Shown here: positions 37,478-41,996 of the stretch, one piece after another
Layout: every line of letters starts with the position of its first letter
Numbering within the stretch: the stretch's first letter is position 1
Source of the DNA: Octopus bimaculoides
Taxonomy: Eukaryota
NCBI RefSeq assembly: GCF_001194135.2
Contig: NC_068984.1
Coordinates: 77,141,128-77,183,123, forward strand
Length of the DNA stretch: 41,996 nt
Reading direction: 5' to 3'
Translations under genes and position numbers: made by a program
Notes under the pieces: model-generated
Seen by the model: only the letters and a program-made list of their open reading frames with translations
Told to the model about the DNA's origin: nothing
Databases searched by the model: none

Positions 37478-38119
37478 CAAAGGAATTCCAACTTTGATTT
37501 CACGTTTTGTTTACGTTTTGTTTCACGTATATTATAGTAATATAGTATAATAAAATGATAGAATATTAAATGTTCATTCAGACTGAACTAGTACTTTCTT
37601 GCATTAAACTATGCAATCTTCTGGTTTATATGGGAGTGCTTACACCTATGTTTTACAATTTTCAACAGTTGTATAGGCTACAGAATGTTAAATTTTGCAA
37701 ACTCTATTCTGATCAATCAGTGTGTGGCTTCACTAAATTACTTAAGTTGATTGGTGTTTGGTTTAGACGTCACAGTCCAACATGTCAAGAAACCTGTATT
37801 TTGACCCTGGCCAAAGCAGTAATTGTTTGATTACTTTTAGAAATGTTGTAAACAACATTTCCCAGGAGTTTTTACATTTCAGTTATAATCATCACCATTA
37901 TCACCACCTTAATTATTGTTGTCATTGGTGGTGGTGGTGGTGGTAGTGGTGGTGGTAGGATTAGCTGTGGTAATAGAATTTTAAATTCTAAATAAGATTA
38001 TTTTTACTGACTTTTCTTTTGAATTAGCTATTATTTTCCTGCTATCGTCACCATGAGAACCTTTAGTATTTTTCTTGTTATTGGTAGTGGTCGTAGCAAT
38101 AAAAATATTACCTCGAAGA

Positions 38120-38830
38120 ATTATTATAATTGCTTATATAGCTTGGGTTGGAATTTATCAACAAAGTTCTTTTCTCTGATTTTTCTCTCGATTTCACTTG
38201 GACTGTGTAGTTTGTAGAATGGAAATACTATAACTATTTTCCGACCACATGTTGCTAGATGGTTACTCAAAGGTATCCGACGGTGCACACGTGAACGTTC
38301 TGATCGTGCATTTCCAGTCTGACCCACATATAGTTCTTCACAATTCAGGCATCTGATGCAGTAAATTAAATTTCTGGTTTGCAGTTCATATTTCCGTTTG
38401 TGAATATTTTTCCAGTTTTTGTGTTCATATATTGGCCGATATATATGAATTGGCATGTTCCACATAGGCCATGATTGCGTTTAGAGACAGTGAATGCATT
38501 TTTTAATAATTTTTTCGATTTTTTACTAAGAAACATAGCTCGATCCGTGAATATATCTTTTAATTCATTACTTTGCGCAATGATTGGTAGGTTTACTTTG
38601 GCAATGTCGAAGATATTCTGGTGACATGGGTTGTGTATCATTATAAATGGTATGACTTGTTCGTGTTTTCCTTTTCTATGGGTTTTTCTAAGTTGCTGTA
38701 TGGGTATTTTTATAGCCTACTGTACGCCATTTTCTATAAGTAGAGACGGGTATTTTTGTTTCAGCAAAAGTTCTCTTAGTTCTGTTAGGCCTTTGTTCCT
38801 GATATTCGCATCTTCTGCAGTGATACAAAT
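38120..38830 (-). mobile_element. PLE thumb plus GIY-YIG endonuclease fragment (Penelope/Poseidon-like), frameshifted
   Basis: The frames give QKYPSLLI, IPFIMIHNP, NLIYCIRCLNCEELYVGQTG...RVH, LSNHLATC and REKNFVDKFQPKL. Confidence 0.85.
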
Positions 38831-38898
38831 TGCGTTTTGGATGTAGTGGATGGTACGACTTAAAATTCAGCTATTGATGTGTGTCCGTGTGTTTATAG

Positions 38899-38959
<61 letters not shown>

Positions 38960-39123
38960 ACACACACACNNNNNNNNNNNNNNNNNNNNNNNNNNNNNNN
39001 NNNNNNNNNNNNNNNNNNNNNNNNNNNNNNNNNNNNNNNNNNNNNNNNNNNNNNNNNNNNNNNNNNNNNNNNNNNNNNNNNNNNNNNNNNNNNNNNNNNN
39101 NNNNNNNNNNNNNNNNNNNNNNN

Positions 39124-39164
<41 letters not shown>

Positions 39165-39198
39165 TAGATAGATAGATGTATATGTATGTATGTATGAG

Positions 39199-39576
39199 TG
39201 GAGGCGCAATGGCCCAGTGGTTAGGGCAGCGTACTCGCGGTCATAGGATCGCGGTTTCGATTCCCAGACCGGGCGTTGTGAGTGTTTATTGACCGAAAAC
39301 ACCTAAAAGCTCCACGAGGCTCCGGCAGGGGATGGTGGCGAACCCTGCTGTACTCTTTCACCACAACTCTCTCACTCTTACTTCCTGTTTCTGTTGTGCT
39401 TGTAATTCAAAGGGTCAGCCTTGTCACACTGTGTCACGCTGAATTTCCCCGAGAACTACATTAAGGGTACGCGTGCCTGTGGAATGCTCAGCTACTTGCA
39501 CGTTAATTTCATGAGCAGGCTGTTCCATTGATCGGATCAACTGGAACCCTCGTCGTCGTAAGCGACGGAGTGCCAA
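39199..39576 (+). mobile_element. Full-length tRNA-derived SINE, family D
   Basis: It has A-box TGGCCCAGTGG (39210-20) and B-box GGTTTCGATTCC (39253-64). Its 3' tail is shared with 24053-24130. Confidence 0.9.
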
Positions 39577-40404
39577 TGTATGTATAAACCAACGGGCTCA
39601 CGGTTATTACTGAGACGGCATGATCGTCCAGTAAATGTTGATTTTATCAAATAAATAACATTTTCACTTTACATATGTATTGAGTACTGTCTATTTAACA
39701 GTTGGTGTATATATATATATGTGTATATCAAGAAAGACGCTAGTGGGTGAGGGGAATTGAGAGATAGATGGATATGCTTAATGGTTTACAAATGAAGACT
39801 AGAAGTCTGAAAAGTTACCAATAATCTTTAAAAGTTCGTAAGGTGCTAAGATAAAATGGAGAAAGCAATCAAAAAGAAAACAAGAAAGACAGCAAGATAA
39901 AAAGAGATAAAACAAGAAGAATGTAAAAGACTAAAATACGTTCTCTGTGTAGGAATACTTACCGAAAGAGCTACAGTTACAAACAACTTCCCTTACTTTG
40001 ATTAATAATTGTACTCAATCGATAAATCATAGGAAATTTTTCCGTATGTCATTTCTTCTTTACTTGGTAATGTAAGTGTTTGTGTGTTATTTGATATTTA
40101 CGATGACCACATAGTAACAAAATCTTTGCTGTTAATATCATCCTATGAAGTCTAATATTATATAAGATGAAGTAAATGAAGTAAACAGTAGATTTCGTCT
40201 GTCTCCCAGTTTAACTCCACAATCTCTGAGAAGTTGAGTGCCTTGAGCGGAGTTCATTCTTTTTGCAGGCATTTGAGACAAATCTTCGCTTCGATAAGTC
40301 TTACTCCTTTTCTCCCATCAGGCATAGGAGCTATGTAATGTTTTCCTTCTTGAAGAAGAGATGAAAAAAGAAATCAGCAAAGAATAAAATTACATTATTT
40401 CCAT

Positions 40405-40800
40405 GTACATTCTGAGTTCAAATTTCATCTAGATCAACTTTGTCTTTTCAATTCTGGAAATCGACTCAAACAGCATACGATACAAACTATTAGGGTCAAT
40501 GTAGTCGACTACATTTCCGAATTCTCTGCATATGTTGGGTAATCTAAGGAAAGAAACTATGAATTTTTTTTTTCATCAGGGACTGAAAACAAGAACGATT
40601 TCTGACGTAGAAGCTTGGTTACATATTTTGCTGAGACGGAAGTTGTTAATAATGTCGATCTCCGTAGTTGACTAGTATTTTATATTATCTCGTCCATAAG
40701 GATGTAGACCAAAGTAAATTTCGCTGGCATTAAAACTCAGAGCATTAAGAGGCGTAACTAAATGCCTCTTAATATTTAAGCCATCGTTGTGCTGATCCTG
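40405..40800. mobile_element. Two degenerate SINE family B remnants (plus strand about 40405-40510, minus strand about 40690-40800)
   Basis: TTCTGAGTTCAAATTTC..GATCAACTTTGTCTTTTC is on the plus strand. AAACTCAGAGCATTAAG on the plus strand is the complement of the minus-strand copy's B-box region. Confidence 0.45.
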
Positions 40801-41605
40801 TCATATACCGCTATCCAAAGCAAATAAATGCTAATAAAATATAATTAGCTAATATCACTACCAGTGGAAATATAATAAAATATGGTTTACGCAAATTCAA
40901 TGAAAGTTATGAACTGCCATAATTTTAATGTAAATATGATGATAAATATCATCTTGATTGAAAATTAACAATATGAATATTAGGACGCTAGTTCGAATAC
41001 ACCAGCAAGCATTAAGAGATAATGATTTCATCTATATATTTCTCGACTCTATTTCTACTGTGGTACCGCTTTCTCAGAATAAGCCGTAGTTTGGGTGCCT
41101 TTAAATGAGGACAATTTCTTATAAGAATTCAAAGTTATCGCGATACCTTGATGCATTATTTCCTGCTATAGCAATACATCAGACGTGGTTTCTTGCACAA
41201 CTTGTCTGCAGCCTCTCGGAGGACCTAAAAATATCGTCATCACCGTGTTCTTTCGTCTATCAAGCACAGATCAAAAAGTATTTCTTATTCTATTTCAATG
41301 CCAAATCTCTTGCTGCAATTCAATTATTAATTTCAAACATGGATTTCTAGTGGCGAAATATGAATAATGTAAAAGTGAATATCTTTTTATATCGTTTTGA
41401 AAGAATTCGCGTTGAAATAGGAAAAGAGAACGTCAGTATAATTATACATGTACATATACGCATATATTTACATACACATACACAGATACCAATACACATA
41501 TAATAACACACACACATATCTGTGTGTCTGCGTGCGTCTGAATATATACATATGTATATATGTTTACATGTATATATGCATACATAAATACATAATATAT
41601 ATATG

Positions 41606-41650
<45 letters not shown>

Positions 41651-41939
41651 CCACAAACACACACACATACTCGCACGCACACACATAAATATGCACACAC
41701 GTATTAGTGTTTATATATACCTGCATATGCATATATTTGTCTGTGTGACGATACTAATGCTTCTATTCATTATTAATACATATTACATACACTATATTAA
41801 CAATACAGCTATTACAAGATATCTGAGTTCTGTACAGATATCTCTGTAAAAAAATATATATAAATATATGTACGAAACATTGAAATGAGATTCCTTACAC
41901 ATAACTATTTCGGTATTGAAATGTAATTTTCACTCACAC

Positions 41940-41996
<57 letters not shown>

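Noticed and set aside
37570-37830. 86-aa ORF / possible plus-strand exon
   Set aside because: There is no recognisable domain, and the splice signals are unremarkable for AT-rich DNA.
39199-39275. tRNA genes at SINE heads (also 1850-1906, 6972-7030, 8120-8190, 35865-35930)
   Set aside because: They have A/B boxes only, with no complete cloverleaf, and they continue into SINE bodies.
41105-41367. Overlapping short ORFs and a minus-strand AG...GT segment
   Set aside because: All three frames of the putative exon contain stops, and the peptides are unrecognisable.

Overview
This is a repeat-saturated, AT-rich eukaryotic window with many N-gaps, most of them flanked by microsatellites. The SINE, LINE and microsatellite mix looks like a cephalopod (Octopus-type) draft assembly; this is inferred from my recall of these repeat families, not from a search. 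I could not confidently identify any host gene, and I found no rRNA, true tRNA gene or CRISPR array. Almost all long ORFs are microsatellite or N-gap artefacts, or decayed transposon frames. The supported content is: (i) Penelope-like element (PLE) remnants of several types, including one Naiad-like element that appears 5'-inverted and split by nested LINEs (13466-18433); (ii) at least seven fragments of R4/Dong-type non-LTR retrotransposons with a restriction-like endonuclease (RLE), nearly all sitting in (AAT)n arrays; (iii) two full-length, dead 1286-bp mariner copies plus three copies of a MITE from a different mariner; (iv) four tRNA-derived SINE families; (v) an L1/Tx1-like fragment; (vi) two hammerhead-like RNA folds and two weak candidate minus-strand exons. 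Nothing here proves a new system. The best leads are the inverted, nested Naiad PLE with a shared in-frame TGA, the AAT-targeted retroelement community, the variant hammerhead-like folds, and the WVPNES-for-WVPHEL mariner variant. Coordinates of decayed elements are approximate (about +/-10-20 nt).
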